Shown in pieces: positions 40,781-55,908 of a DNA stretch of 64,000 bases. Made by a program: the position numbers and the translations under genes. The stretch covers positions 620,001-684,000 of the forward strand of contig CAXKVF010000072.1 of assembly GCA_964057225.1 (NCBI GenBank), read 5' to 3'. The notes under the pieces were generated by a model. It was not told the origin of the DNA. It saw only the letters and a program-made list of their open reading frames with translations, and made no database searches. The DNA is from Auanema rhodensis (Eukaryota; Animalia; Nematoda). Each line of letters opens with the position of its first letter. Positions within the stretch are counted from its first letter, which is position 1.

Positions 40781-43700
40781 ATGGACATGGGGAATCTAAT
40801 TTTGAAAACCGCATCTCTTTATCTTTCACGTGAAGCGAGTTACATACCAAGTGCACATCACGTGTACATTTAATTAGCATAAATTAAAGTTCACGTAAAT
40901 TTCAAAGTCATGGTTACCATGAACCAATATCAATAAAAATTTGTTTTTAGACTAATATGGACATGGGGAATCTAATTTTGAGAACCGCATCTCTTTATCT
41001 TTCACGTGAAGCGAGTTACATACCAAGTGCACATCAGGTGTACATTTAATTAGCATAAATTAAAGTTCACGTAAATTTCAAAGTCATGGTTACCATGAAC
41101 CAATATCAATAAAAATTTGTTTTTAGACTAATATGGACATGGGGAATCTAATTTTGAAAACCGCATCTCTTTATCTTTCACGTGAAGCGAGTTACATACC
41201 AAGTGCACATCACGTGTACATTTAATAAGCATAAATTAAAGTTCACGTAAACTTCAAAGTCATGGTTACCATGAACCAATATCAATACAAATTTGTTTTT
41301 AGACTAATATGGACATGGGGAATCTAATTTTGAAAACCGCATCTCTTCATCTTTCACGTGAAGCGAGTTACATACCAAGTGCACATCACGTGTACATTTA
41401 ATTAGCATAAATTAAAGTTCACGTAAATTTCAAAGTCATGGTTACCATGAACCAATATCAATAAAAATTTGTTTTTAGACTATAATGGACATGGGGAATC
41501 TAATTTTGAAAACCGCATCTCTTTATCTTTCACGTGAAGCGAATTACATACCAAGTGCACATCACGTGTACATTTAATTAGCATAAATTAAAGTTCACGT
41601 AAATTTCAAAGTCATGGTTACCATGAACCAATATCAATAAAAATTTGTTTTTAGACTAATATGGACATGGGGAATTTAATTTTGAAAACCGCATCTCTTT
41701 ATCTTTCACGTGAAGCGAGTTACATACCAAGTGCACATCACGTGTACATTTAATTAGCATAAATTAAAGTTCACGTAAATTTCAAAGTCATGGTTACCAT
41801 GAACCAATATCAATACAAATTTGTTTTTAGACTAATATGGACATGGGGAATCTAATTTTGAAAACCGCATCTCTTTATCTTTCACGTGAAGCGAGTTACA
41901 TACCAAGTGCACATCACGTGTAAATTTAATTAGCATAAATTAAAGTTCACGTAAATTTCAAAGTCATGGTTACCATGAACCAATATCAATACAAATTTGT
42001 TTTTAGACTAATATGGACATGGGGAATCTAATTTTGAAAACCGCATCTCTTTATCTTTCACGTGAAGCGAGTTACATACCAAGTGCACATCACGTGTACA
42101 TTTAATTAGCATAAATTAAAGTTCACGTAAATTTCAAAGTCATGGTTACCATGAACCAATATCAATAAAAATTTGTTTTTAGACTATAATGGACATGGGG
42201 AATCTAATTTTGAAAACCGCATCTCTTTATCTTTCACGTGAAGCGAGTTACATACCAAGTGCACATCACGTGAACATTTAATTAGCATAAATTAAAGTTC
42301 ACGTAAATTTCAAAGTCATGGTTACCATGAACCAATATCAATAAAAATTTGTTTTTAGACTAATATGGACATGGGGAATCTAATTTTGAAAACCGCATCT
42401 CTTTATCTTTCACGTGAAGCGAGTTACATACCAAGTGCACATCACGTGTACATTTAATTAGCATAAATTAAAGTTCACGTAAATTTCAAAGTCATGGTTA
42501 CCATGAACCAATATCAATACAAATTTGTTTTTAGACTAATATGGACATGGGGAATCTAATTTTGAAAACCGCATCTCTTTATCTTTCACGTGAAGCGAGT
42601 TACATACCAAGTGCACATCACGTGTACATTTAATTAGCATAAATTAAAGTTCACGTAAATTTCAAAGTCATGGTTACCATGAACCAATATCAATAAAAAT
42701 TTGTTTTTAGACTATAATGGACATGGGGAATCTAATTTTGAAAACCGCATCTCTTTATCTTTCACGTGAAGCGAGTTACATACCAAGTGCACATCACGTG
42801 TACATTTAATTAGCATAAATTAAAGTTCACGTAAATTTCAAAGTCATGGTTACCATGAACCAATATCAATAAAAATTTGTTTTTAGACTAATATGGACAT
42901 GGGGAATCTAATTTTGAAAACCGCATCTCTTTATCTTTCACGTGAAGCGAGTTACATACCAAGTGCACATCACGTGTACATTTAATTAGCATAAATTAAA
43001 GTTCACGTAAATTTCAAAGTCATGGTTACCATGAACCAATATCAATACAAATTTGTTTTTAGACTAATATGGACATGGGGAATCTAATTTTGAAAACCGC
43101 ATCTCTTTATCTTTCACGTGAAGCGAGTTACATACCAAGTGCACATCACGTGTACATTTAATTAGCATAAATTAAAGTTCACGTAAATTTCAAAGTCATG
43201 GTTACCATGAACCAATATCAATACAAATTTGTTTTTAGACTAATATGGACATGGGGAATCTAATTTTGAAAACCGCATCTCTTTATCTTTCACGTGAAGC
43301 GAGTTACATACCAAGTGCACATCACGTGTACATTTAATTAGCATAAATTAAAGTTCACGTAAATTTCAAAGTCATGGTTACCATGAACCAATATCAATAA
43401 AAATTTGTTTTTAGACTAATATGGACATGGGGAATCTAATTTTGAAAACCGCATCACTTTATCTTTCACGTGAAGCGAGTTACATACCAAGTGCACATCA
43501 CGTGTACATTTAATTAGCATAAATTAAAGTTCACGTAAATTTCAAAGTCATGGTTACCATGAACCAATATCAATACAAATTTGTTTTTAGACTAATATGG
43601 ACATGGGGAATCTAATTTTGAAAACCGCATCTCTTTATCTTTCACGTGAAGCGAGTTACATACCAAGTGCACATCACGTGTAAATTTAATTAGCATAAAT

Positions 43701-45357
43701 TAAAGTTCACGTAAATTTCAAAGTCATGGTTACCATGAACCAATATCAATACAAATTTGTTTTTAGACTAATATGGACATGGGGAATCTAATTTTGAAAA
43801 CCGCATCTCTTTATCTTTCACGTGAAGCGAGTTACATACCAAGTGCACATCACGTGTACATTTAATTAGCATAAATTAAAGTTCACGTAAATTTCAAAGT
43901 CATGGTTACCATGAACCAATATCAATAAAAATTTGTTTTTAGACTATAATGGACATGGGGAATCTAATTTTGAAAACCGCATCTCTTTATCTTTCACGTG
44001 AAGCGAGTTACATACCAAGTGCACATCACGTGTACATTTAATTAGCATAAATTAAAGTTCACGTAAATTTCAAAGTCATGGTTACCATGAACCAATATCA
44101 ATAAAAATTTGTTTTTAGACTAATATGGACATGGGGAATCTAATTTTGAAAACCGCATCTCTTTATCTTTCACGTGAAGCGAGTTACATACCAAGTGCAC
44201 ATCACGTGTACATTTAATTAGCATAAATTAAAGTTCACGTAAATTTCAAAGTCATGGTTACCATGAACCAATATCAATACAAATTTGTTTTTAGACTAAT
44301 ATGGACATGGGGAATCTAATTTTGAAAACCGCATCTCTTTATCTTTCACGTGAAGCGAGTTACATACCAAGTGCACATCACGTGTACATTTAATTAGCAT
44401 AAATTAAAGTTCACGTAAATTTCAAAGTCATGGTTACCATGAACCAATATCAATACAAATTTGTTTTTAGACTAATATGGACATGGGGAATCTAATTTTG
44501 AAAACCGCATCTCTTTATCTTTCACGTGAAGCGAGTTACATACCAAGTGCACATCACGTGTACATTTAATTAGCATAAATTAAAGTTCACGTAAATTTCA
44601 AAGTCATGGTTACCATGAACCAATATCAATAAAAATTTGTTTTTAGACTAATATGGACATGGGGAATCTAATTTTGAAAACCGCATCACTTTATCTTTCA
44701 CGTGAAGCGAGTTACATACCAAGTGCACATCACGTGTACATTTAATTAGCATAAATTAAAGTTCACGTAAATTTCAAAGTCATGGTTACCATGCACCAAT
44801 ATCAATAAAAATTTGTTTTTAGACTAATATGGACATGAGGAATCTAATGTTGAAAACCGCATCTCTTTATCTTTCACGTGAAGCGAGTTACATACCAAGT
44901 GCACATCACGTGTACATTTAATTAGCATAAATTAAAGTTCACGTAAACTTCAAAGTCATGGTTACCATGAACCAATATCAATACAAATTTGTTTTTAGAC
45001 TAATATGGACATGGGGAATCTAATTTTGAAAACCGCATCTCTTCATCTTTCACGTGAAGCGAGTTACATACCAAGTGCACATCACGTGTACATTTAATTA
45101 GCATAAATTAAAGTTCACGTAAATTTCAAAGTCATGGTTACCATGAACCAATATCAATAAAAATTTGTTTTTAGACTAATATGGACATGGGGAATCTAAT
45201 TTTGAAAACCGCATCTCTTTATCTTTCACGTGAAGCGAGTTACATACCAAGTGCACATCACGTGTACATTTAATTAGCATAAATTAAAGTTCACGTAAAT
45301 TTCAAAGTCATGGTTACCATGAACCAATATCAATACAAATTTGTTTTTAGACTAATA

Positions 45358-46061
45358 TGGACATGGGGAATCTAATTTTGAAAACCGCATCTCTTTATCT
45401 TTCACGTGAAGCGAGTTACATACCAAGTGCACATCACGTGTACATTTAATTAGCATAAATTAAAGTTCACGTAAATTTCAAAGTCATGGTTACCATGAAC
45501 CAATATCAATAAAAATTTGTTTTTAGACTATAATGGACATGGGGAATCTAATTTTGAAAACCGCATCTCTTTATCTTTCACGTGAAGCGAGTTACATACC
45601 AAGTGCACATCACGTGTACATTTAATTAGCATAAATTAAAGTTCACGTAAATTTCAAAGTCATGGTTACCATGAACCAATATCAATAAAAATTTGTTTTT
45701 AGACTATAATGGACATGGGGAATCTAATTTTGAAAACCGCATCTCTTTATCTTTCACGTGAAGCGAGTTACATACCAAGTGCACATCACGTGTACATTTA
45801 ATTAGCATAAATTAAAGTTCACGTAAATTTCAAAGTCATGGTTACCATGAACCAATATCAATAAAAATTTGTTTTTAGACTATAATGGACATGGGGAATC
45901 TAATTTTGAAAACCGCATCTCTTTATCTTTCACGTGAAGCGAGTTACATACCAAGTGCACATCACGTGTACATTTAATTAGCATAAATTAAAGTTCACGT
46001 AAATTTCAAAGTCATGGTTACCATGAACCAATATCAATAAAAATTTGTTTTTAGACTATAA
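45358..46061 (+). repeat. Four consecutive monomers ending in the CTATAA variant (single-monomer amplification)
   Basis: GACTATAATGG at about 45530, 45706, 45882 and 46058, 176 bp apart. Confidence 0.88.
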
Positions 46062-48349
46062 TGGACATGGGGAATCTAATTTTGAAAACCGCATCTCTTT
46101 ATCTTTCACGTGAAGCGAGTTACATACCAAGTGCACATCACGTGTACATTTAATTAGCATAAATTAAAGTTCACGTAAATTTCAAAGTCATGGTTACCAT
46201 GAACCAATATCAATAAAAATTTGTTTTTAGACTAATATGGACATGGGGAATCTAATTTTGAAAACCGCATCTCTTTATCTTTCACGTGAAGCGAGTTACA
46301 TACCAAGTGCACATCACGTGTACATTTAATTAGCATAAATTAAAGTTCACGTAAATTTCAAAGTCATGGTTACCATGAACCAATATCAATACAAATTTGT
46401 TTTTAGACTAATATGGACATGGGGAATCTAATTTTGAAAACCGCATCTCTTTATCTTTCACGTGAAGCGAGTTACATACCAAGTGCACATCACGTGTACA
46501 TTTAATTAGCATAAATTAAAGTTCACGTAAATTTCAAAGTCATGGTTACCATGAACCAATATCAATACAAATTTGTTTTTAGACTAATATGGACATGGGG
46601 AATCTAATTTTGAAAACCGCATCTCTTTATCTTTCACGTGAAGCGAGTTACATACCAAGTGCACATCACGTGTACATTTAATTAGCATAAATTAAAGTTC
46701 ACGTAAATTTCAAAGTCATGGTTACCATGAACCAATATCAATAAAAATTTGTTTTTAGACTAATATGGACATGGGGAATCTAATTTTGAAAACCGCATCA
46801 CTTTATCTTTCACGTGAAGCGAGTTACATACCAAGTGCACATCACGTGTACATTTAATTAGCATAAATTAAAGTTCACGTAAATTTCAAAGTCATGGTTA
46901 CCATGCACCAATATCAATAAAAATTTGTTTTTAGACTAATATGGACATGAGGAATCTAATGTTGAAAACCGCATCTCTTTTTCTTTCACGTGAAGCGAGT
47001 TACATACCAAGTGCACATCACGTGTACATTTAATTAGCATAAATTAAAGTTCACGTAAATTTCAAAGTCATGGTTACCATGAACCAATATCAATAAAAAT
47101 TTGTTTTTAGACTAATATGGACATGGGGAATCTAATTTTGAAAACCGCATCTCTTTATCTTTCACGTGAAGCGAGTTACATACCAAGTGCACATCACGTG
47201 TACATTTAATTAGCATAAATTAAAGTTCACGTAAACTTCAAAGTCATGGTTACCATGAACCAATATCAATACAAATTTGTTTTTAGACTAATATGGACAT
47301 GGGGAATCTAATTTTGAAAACCGCATCTCTTCATCTTTCACGTGAAGCGAGTTACATACCAAGTGCACATCACGTGTACATTTAATTAGCATAAATTAAA
47401 GTTCACGTAAATTTCAAAGTCATGGTTACCATGAACCAATATCAATAAAAATTTGTTTTTAGACTAATATGGACATGGGGAATCTAATTTTGAAAACCGC
47501 ATCTCTTTATCTTTCACGTGAAGCGAGTTACATACCAAGTGCACATCACGTGTACATTTAATTAGCATAAATTAAAGTTCACGTAAATTTCAAAGTCATG
47601 GTTACCATGAACCAATATCAATACAAATTTGTTTTTAGACTAATATGGACATGGGGAATCTAATTTTGAAAACCGCATCTCTTTATCTTTCACGTGAAGC
47701 GAGTTACATACCAAGTGCACATCACGTGTACATTTAATTAGCATAAATTAAAGTTCACGTAAATTTCAAAGTCATGGTTACCATGAACCAATATCAATAC
47801 AAATTTGTTTTTAGACTAATATGGACATGGGGAATCTAATTTTGAAAACCGCATCTCTTTATCTTTCACGTGAAGCGAGTTACATACCAAGTGCACATCA
47901 CGTGTACATTTAATTAGCATAAATTAAAGTTCACGTAAATTTCAAAGTCATGGTTACCATGAACCAATATCAATAAAAATTTGTTTTTAGACTATAATGG
48001 ACATGGGGAATCTAATTTTGAAAACCGCATCTCTTTATCTTTCACGTGAAGCGAGTTACATACCAAGTGCACATCACGTGTACATTTAATTAGCATAAAT
48101 TAAAGTTCACGTAAATTTCAAAGTCATGGTTACCATGAACCAATATCAATAAAAATTTGTTTTTAGACTAATATGGACATGGGGAATCTAATTTTGAAAA
48201 CCGCATCTCTTTATCTTTCACGTGAAGCGAGTTACATACCAAGTGCACATCACGTGTACATTTAATTAGCATAAATTAAAGTTCACGTAAATTTCAAAGT
48301 CATGGTTACCATGAACCAATATCAATAAAAATTTGTTTTTAGACTAATA

Positions 48350-48516
48350 TGGACATGGGGAATCTAATTTTGAAAACCGCATCTCTTTATCTTTCACGTG
48401 AAGCGAGTTACATACCAAGTGCACATTACGTGTTCATTTAATTAGCATAAATCGTAAATTTCAAAGTCATGGTTACCATGAACCAATATCAATACAAATT
48501 TGTTTTTAGACTAATA
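48350..48516 (+). repeat. Isolated 167-bp deletion monomer
   Basis: Same C78T, A85T, 9-bp deletion and A155C haplotype; junction at 48452, which is 7911 bp (44x176+167) from the previous copy. Confidence 0.92.
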
Positions 48517-50079
48517 TGGACATGGGGAATCTAATTTTGAAAACCGCATCTCTTTATCTTTCACGTGAAGCGAGTTACATACCAAGTGCACATCACGTGT
48601 ACATTTAATTAGCATAAATTAAAGTTCACGTAAACTTCAAAGTCATGGTTACCATGAACCAATATCAATACAAATTTGTTTTTAGACTAATATGGACATG
48701 GGGAATCTAATTTTGAAAACCGCATCTCTTTATCTTTCACGTGAAGCGAGTTACATACCAAGTGCACATCACGTGTACATTTAATTAGCATAAATTAAAG
48801 TTCACGTAAATTTCAAAGTCATGGTTACCATGAACCAATATCAATAAAAATTTGTTTTTAGACTAATATGGACATGGGGAATCTAATTTTGAAAACCGCA
48901 TCACTTTATCTTTCACGTGAAGCGAGTTACATACCAAGTGCACATCACGTGTACATTTAATTAGCATAAATTAAAGTTCACGTAAATTTCAAAGTCATGG
49001 TTACCATGCACCAATATCAATAAAAATTTGTTTTTAGACTAATATGGACATGAGGAATCTAATGTTGAAAACCGCATCTCTTTTTCTTTCACGTGAAGCG
49101 AGTTACATACCAAGTGCACATCACGTGTACATTTAATTAGCATAAATTAAAGTTCACGTAAATTTCAAAGTCATGGTTACCATGAACCAATATCAATAAA
49201 AATTTGTTTTTAGACTATAATGGACATGGGGAATCTAATTTTGAAAACCGCATCTCTTTATCTTTCACGAGAAGCGAGTTACATACCAAGTGCACATCAC
49301 GTGTACATTTAATTAGCATAAATTAAAGTTCACGTAAACTTCAAAGTCATGGTTACCATGAACCAATATCAATACAAATTTGTTTTTAGACTAATATGGA
49401 CATGGGGAATCTAATTTTGAAAACCGCATCTCTTTATCTTTCACGTGAAGCGAGTTACATACCAAGTGCACATCACGTGTACATTTAATTAGCATAAATT
49501 AAAGTTCACGTAAATTTCAAAGTCATGGTTACCATGAACCAATATCAATAAAAATTTGTTTTTAGACTAATATGGACATGGGGAATCTAATTTTGAAAAC
49601 CGCATCTCTTTATCTTTCACGTGAAGCGAGTTACATACCAAGTGCACATCACGTGTACATTTAATTAGCATAAATTAAAGTTCACGTAAATTTCAAAGTC
49701 ATGGTTACCATGAACCAATATCAAAACAAATTTGTTTTTAGACTAATATGGACATGGGGAATCTAATTTTGAAAACCGCATCTCTTTATCTTTCACGTGA
49801 AGCGAGTTACATACCAAGTGCACATTACGTGTTCATTTAATTAGCATAAATTAAAGTTCACGTAAATTTCAAAGTCATGGTTACCATGAACCAATATCAA
49901 TACAAATTTGTTTTTAGACTAATATGGACATGGGGAATCTAATTTTGAAAACCGCATCTCTTTATCTTTCACGTGAAGCGAGTTACATACCAAGTGCACA
50001 TCACGTGTACATTTAATTAGCATAAATTAAAGTTCACGTAAATTTCAAAGTCATGGTTACCATGAACCAATATCAATAA

Positions 50080-53000
50080 AAATTTGTTTTTAGACTAATA
50101 TGGACATGGGGAATCTAATTTTGAAAACCGCATCTCTTTATCTTTCACGTGAAGCGAGTTACATACCAAGTGCACATCACGTGTACATTTAATTAGCATA
50201 AATTAAAGTTCACGTAAATTTCAAAGTCATGGTTACCATGAACCAATATCAATAAAAATTTGTTTTTAGACTAATATGGACATGGGGAATCTAATTTTGA
50301 AAACCGCATCTCTTTATCTTTCACGTGAAGCGAGTTACATACCAAGTGCACATCACGTGTACATTTAATTAGCATAAATTAAAGTTCACGTAAATTTCAA
50401 AGTCATGGTTACCATGAACCAATATCAATACAAATTTGTTTTTAGAATAATATGGACATGGGGAATCTAATTTTGAAAACCGCATCTCTTTATCTTTCAC
50501 GTGAAGCGAGTTACATACCAAGTGCACATCACGTGTACATTTAATTAGCATAAATTAAAGTTCACGTAAATTTCAAAGTCGTGGTTACCATGAACCAATA
50601 TCAATAAAAATTTGTTTTTAGACTAATATGGACATGGGGAATCTAATTTTGAAAACCGCATCTCTTTATCTTTCACGTGAAGCGAGTTACATACCAAGTG
50701 CACATCACGTGTACATTTAATTAGCATAAATTAAAGTTCACGTAAACTTCAAAGTCATGGTTACCATGAACCAATATCAATACAAATTTGTTTTTAGACT
50801 AATATGGACATGGGGAATCTAATTTTGAAAACCGCATCTCTTTATCTTTCACGTGAAGCGAGTTACATACCAAGTGCACATCACGTGTACATTTAATTAG
50901 CATAAATTAAAGTTCACGTAAATTTCAAAGTCATGGTTACCATGAACCAATATCAATAAAAATTTGTTTTTAGACTATAATGGACATGGGGAATCTAATT
51001 TTGAAAACCGCATCTCTTTATCTTTCACGTGAAGCGAGTTACATACCAAGTGCACATCACGTGTACATTTAATTAGCATAAATTAAAGTTCACGTAAACT
51101 TCAAAGTCATGGTTACCATGAACCAATATCAATACAAATTTGTTTTTAGACTAATATGGACATGGGAAATCTAATTTTGAAAACCGCATCTCTTTATCTT
51201 TCACGTGAAGCGAGTTACATACCAAGTGCACATCACGTGTACATTTAATTAGCATAAATTAAAGTTCACGTAAATTTCAAAGTCATGGTTACCATGAACC
51301 AATATCAATAAAAATTTGTTTTTAGACTAATATGGACATGGGGAATCTAATTTTGAAAACCGCATCTCTTTATCTTTCACGTGAAGCGAGTTACATACCA
51401 AGTGCACATCACGTGTACATTTAATTAGCATAAATTAAAGTTCACGTAAATTTCAAAGTCATGGTTACCATGAACCAATATCAATACAAATTTGTTTTTA
51501 GACTAATATGGACATGGGGAATCTAATTTTGAAAACCGCATCTCTTTATCTTTCACGTGAAGCGAGTTACATACCAAGTGCACATTACGTGTTCATTTAA
51601 TTAGCATAAATTAAAGTTCACGTAAATTTCAAAGTCATGGTTACCATGAACCAATATCAATACAAATTTGTTTTTAGACTAATATGGACATGGGGAATCT
51701 AATTTTGAAAACCGCATCTCTTTATCTTTCACGTGAAGCGAGTTACATACCAAGTGCACATCACGTGTACATTTAATTAGCATAAATTAAAGTTCACGTA
51801 AATTTCAAAGTCATGGTTACCATGAACCAATATCAATAAAAATTTGTTTTTAGACTAATATGGACATGGGGAATCTAATTTTGAAAACCGCATCTCTTTA
51901 TCTTTCACGTGAAGCGAGTTACATACCAAGTGCACATCACGTGTACATTTAATTAGCATAAATTAAAGTTCACGTAAATTTCAAAGTCATGGTTACCATG
52001 AACCAATATCAATACAAATTTGTTTTTAGACTAATATGGACATGGGGAATCTAATTTTGAAAACCGCATCTCTTTATCTTTCACGTGAAGCGAGTTACAT
52101 ACCAAGTGCACATCACGTGTACATTTAATTAGCATAAATTAAAGTTCACGTAAATTTCAAAGTCATGGTTACCATGAACCAATATCAATAAAAATTTGTT
52201 TTTAGACTAATATGGACATGGGGAATCTAATTTTGAAAACCGCATCTCTTTATATTTCACGTGAAGCGAGTTACATACCAAGTGCACATCACGTGTACAT
52301 TTAATTAGCATAAATTAAAGTTCACGTAAATTTCAAAGTCATGGTTACCATGAACCAATATCAATACAAATGTGTTTTTAGACTAATATGGACATGGGGA
52401 ATCTAATTTTGAAAACCGCATCACTTTATCTTTCACGTGAAGCGAGTTACATACCAAGTGCACATCACGTGTACATTTAATTAGCATAAATTAAAGTTCA
52501 CGTAAATTTCAAAGTCATGGTTACCATGAACCAATATCAATACAAATTTGTTTTTAGACTAATATGGACATGGGGAATCTAATTTTGAAAACCGCATCTC
52601 TTTATCTTTCACGTGAAGCGAGTTACATACCAAGTGCACATCACGTGTACATTTAATTAGCATAAATTAAAGTTCACGTAAATTTCAAAGTCATGGTTAC
52701 CATGAACCAATATCAATACAAATTTGTTTTTAGACTAATATGGACATGGGGAATCTAATTTTGAAAACCGCATCTCTTTATCTTTCACGTGAAGCGAGTT
52801 ACATACCAAGTGCACATCACGTGTACATTTAATTAGCATAAATTAAAGTTCACGTAAATTTCAAAGTCATGGTTACCATGAACCAATATCAATAAAAATT
52901 TGTTTTTAGACTAATATGGACATGGGGAATCTAATTTTGAAAACCGCATCTCTTTATCTTTCACGTGAAGCGAGTTACATACCAAGTGCACATCACGTGT

Positions 53001-55726
53001 ACATTTAATTAGCATAAATTAAAGTTCACGTAAATTTCAAAGTCATGGTTACCATGAACCAATATCAATACAAATTTGTTTTTAGAATAATATGGACATG
53101 GGGAATCTAATTTTGAAAACCGCATCTCTTTATCTTTCACGTGAAGCGAGTTACATACCAAGTGCACATCACGTGTACATTTAATTAGCATAAATTAAAG
53201 TTCACGTAAATTTCAAAGTCGTGGTTACCATGAACCAATATCAATAAAAATTTGTTTTTAGACTAATATGGACATGGGGAATCTAATTTTGAAAACCGCA
53301 TCTCTTTATCTTTCACGTGAAGCGAGTTACATACCAAGTGCACATCACGTGTACATTTAATTAGCATAAATTAAAGTTCACGTAAACTTCAAAGTCATGG
53401 TTACCATGAACCAATATCAATACAAATTTGTTTTTAGACTAATATGGACATGGGGAATCTAATTTTGAAAACCGCATCTCTTTATCTTTCACGTGAAGCG
53501 AGTTACATACCAAGTGCACATCACGTGTACATTTAATTAGCATAAATTAAAGTTCACGTAAATTTCAAAGTCATGGTTACCATGAACCAATATCAATAAA
53601 AATTTGTTTTTAGACTATAATGGACATGGGGAATCTAATTTTGAAAACCGCATCTCTTTATCTTTCACGTGAAGCGAGTTACATACCAAGTGCACATCAC
53701 GTGTACATTTAATTAGCATAAATTAAAGTTCACGTAAACTTCAAAGTCATGGTTACCATGAACCAATATCAATACAAATTTGTTTTTAGACTAATATGGA
53801 CATGGGAAATCTAATTTTGAAAACCGCATCTCTTTATCTTTCACGTGAAGCGAGTTACATACCAAGTGCACATCACGTGTACATTTAATTAGCATAAATT
53901 AAAGTTCACGTAAATTTCAAAGTCATGGTTACCATGAACCAATATCAATAAAAATTTGTTTTTAGACTAATATGGACATGGGGAATCTAATTTTGAAAAC
54001 CGCATCTCTTTATCTTTCACGTGAAGCGAGTTACATACCAAGTGGACATCACGTGTACATTTAATTAGCATAAATTAAAGTTCACGTAAATTTCAAAGTC
54101 ATGGTTACCATGAACCAATATCAATACAAATTTGTTTTTAGACTAATATGGACATGGGGAATCTAATTTTGAAAACCGCATCTCTTTATCTTTCACGTGA
54201 AGCGAGTTACATACCAAGTGCACATTACGTGTTCATTTAATTAGCATAAATTAAAGTTCACGTAAATTTCAAAGTCATGGTTACCATGAACCAATATCAA
54301 TACAAATTTGTTTTTAGACTAATATGGACATGGGGAATCTAATTTTGAAAACCGCATCTCTTTATCTTTCACGTGAAGCGAGTTACATACCAAGTGCACA
54401 TCACGTGTACATTTAATTAGCATAAATTAAAGTTCACGTAAATTTCAAAGTCATGGTTACCATGAACCAATATCAATAAAAATTTGTTTTTAGACTAATA
54501 TGGACATGGGGAATCTAATTTTGAAAACCGCATCTCTTTATCTTTCACGTGAAGCGAGTTACATACCAAGTGCACATCACGTGTACATTTAATTAGCATA
54601 AATTAAAGTTCACGTAAATTTCAAAGTCATGGTTACCATGAACCAATATCAATACAAATTTGTTTTTAGACTAATATGGACATGGGGAATCTAATTTTGA
54701 AAACCGCATCTCTTTATCTTTCACGTGAAGCGAGTTACATACCAAGTGCACATCACGTGTACATTTAATTAGCATAAATTAAAGTTCACGTAAATTTCAA
54801 AGTCATGGTTACCATGAACCAATATCAATAAAAATTTGTTTTTAGACTAATATGGACATGGGGAATCTAATTTTGAAAACCGCATCTCTTTATATTTCAC
54901 GTGAAGCGAGTTACATACCAAGTGCACATCACGTGTACATTTAATTAGCATAAATTAAAGTTCACGTAAATTTCAAAGTCATGGTTACCATGAACCAATA
55001 TCAATACAAATGTGTTTTTAGACTAATATGGACATGGGGAATCTAATTTTGAAAACCGCATCACTTTATCTTTCACGTGAAGCGAGTTACATACCAAGTG
55101 CACATCACGTGTACATTTAATTAGCATAAATTAAAGTTCACGTAAATTTCAAAGTCATGGTTACCATGAACCAATATCAATACAAATTTGTTTTTAGACT
55201 AATATGGACATGGGGAATCTAATTTTGAAAACCGCATCTCTTTATCTTTCACGTGAAGCGAGTTACATACCAAGTGCACATCACGTGTACATTTAATTAG
55301 CATAAATTAAAGTTCACGTAAATTTCAAAGTCATGGTTACCATGAACCAATATCAATACAAATTTGTTTTTAGACTAATATGGACATGGGGAATCTAATT
55401 TTGAAAACCGCATCTCTTTATCTTTCACGTGAAGCGAGTTACATACCAAGTGCACATCACGTGTACATTTAATTAGCATAAATTAAAGTTCACGTAAATT
55501 TCAAAGTCATGGTTACCATGAACCAATATCAATAAAAATTTGTTTTTAGACTAATATGGACATGGGGAATCTAATTTTGAAAACCGCATCTCTTTATCTT
55601 TCACGTGAAGCGAGTTACATACCAAGTGCACATCACGTGTACATTTAATTAGCATAAATTAAAGTTCACGTAAATTTCAAAGTCATGGTTACCATGAACC
55701 AATATCAATACAAATTTGTTTTTAGA
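50080..55726 (+). repeat. Near-perfect 15-monomer (2640-bp) tandem duplication
   Basis: C171A 50447/53087, GTCGTGG 50581/53221, CATGGGAAAT 51161/53801, TATATTTC 52251/54891 and ATGTGTTT 52370/55010. Only one internal difference seen (C73G at 54045). Confidence 0.92.
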
Positions 55727-55908
55727 CTAATATGGACATGGGGAATCTAATTTTGAAAACTGCATCACTTTATTTTTCACGTGAAGCGAGTTACATACCA
55801 AGTGCACATCACGTGTACATTTAATTAGCATAAATTAAAGTTCACGTAAATTTCAAAGTCATGGTTACCATGAACCAATATCAATACAAATTTGTTTTTA
55901 GACTAATA

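Noticed and set aside
50369-50551. 60-aa minus-strand ORF (MLIKCTRDV...)
   Set aside because: It is satellite read-through: C171A at 50447 changes the minus-strand TAG to TAT, extending the short frame present in every monomer. No recognisable protein or gene context.
53009-53191. Identical second 60-aa ORF
   Set aside because: A copy produced by the 2640-bp tandem duplication, not conservation of coding function.
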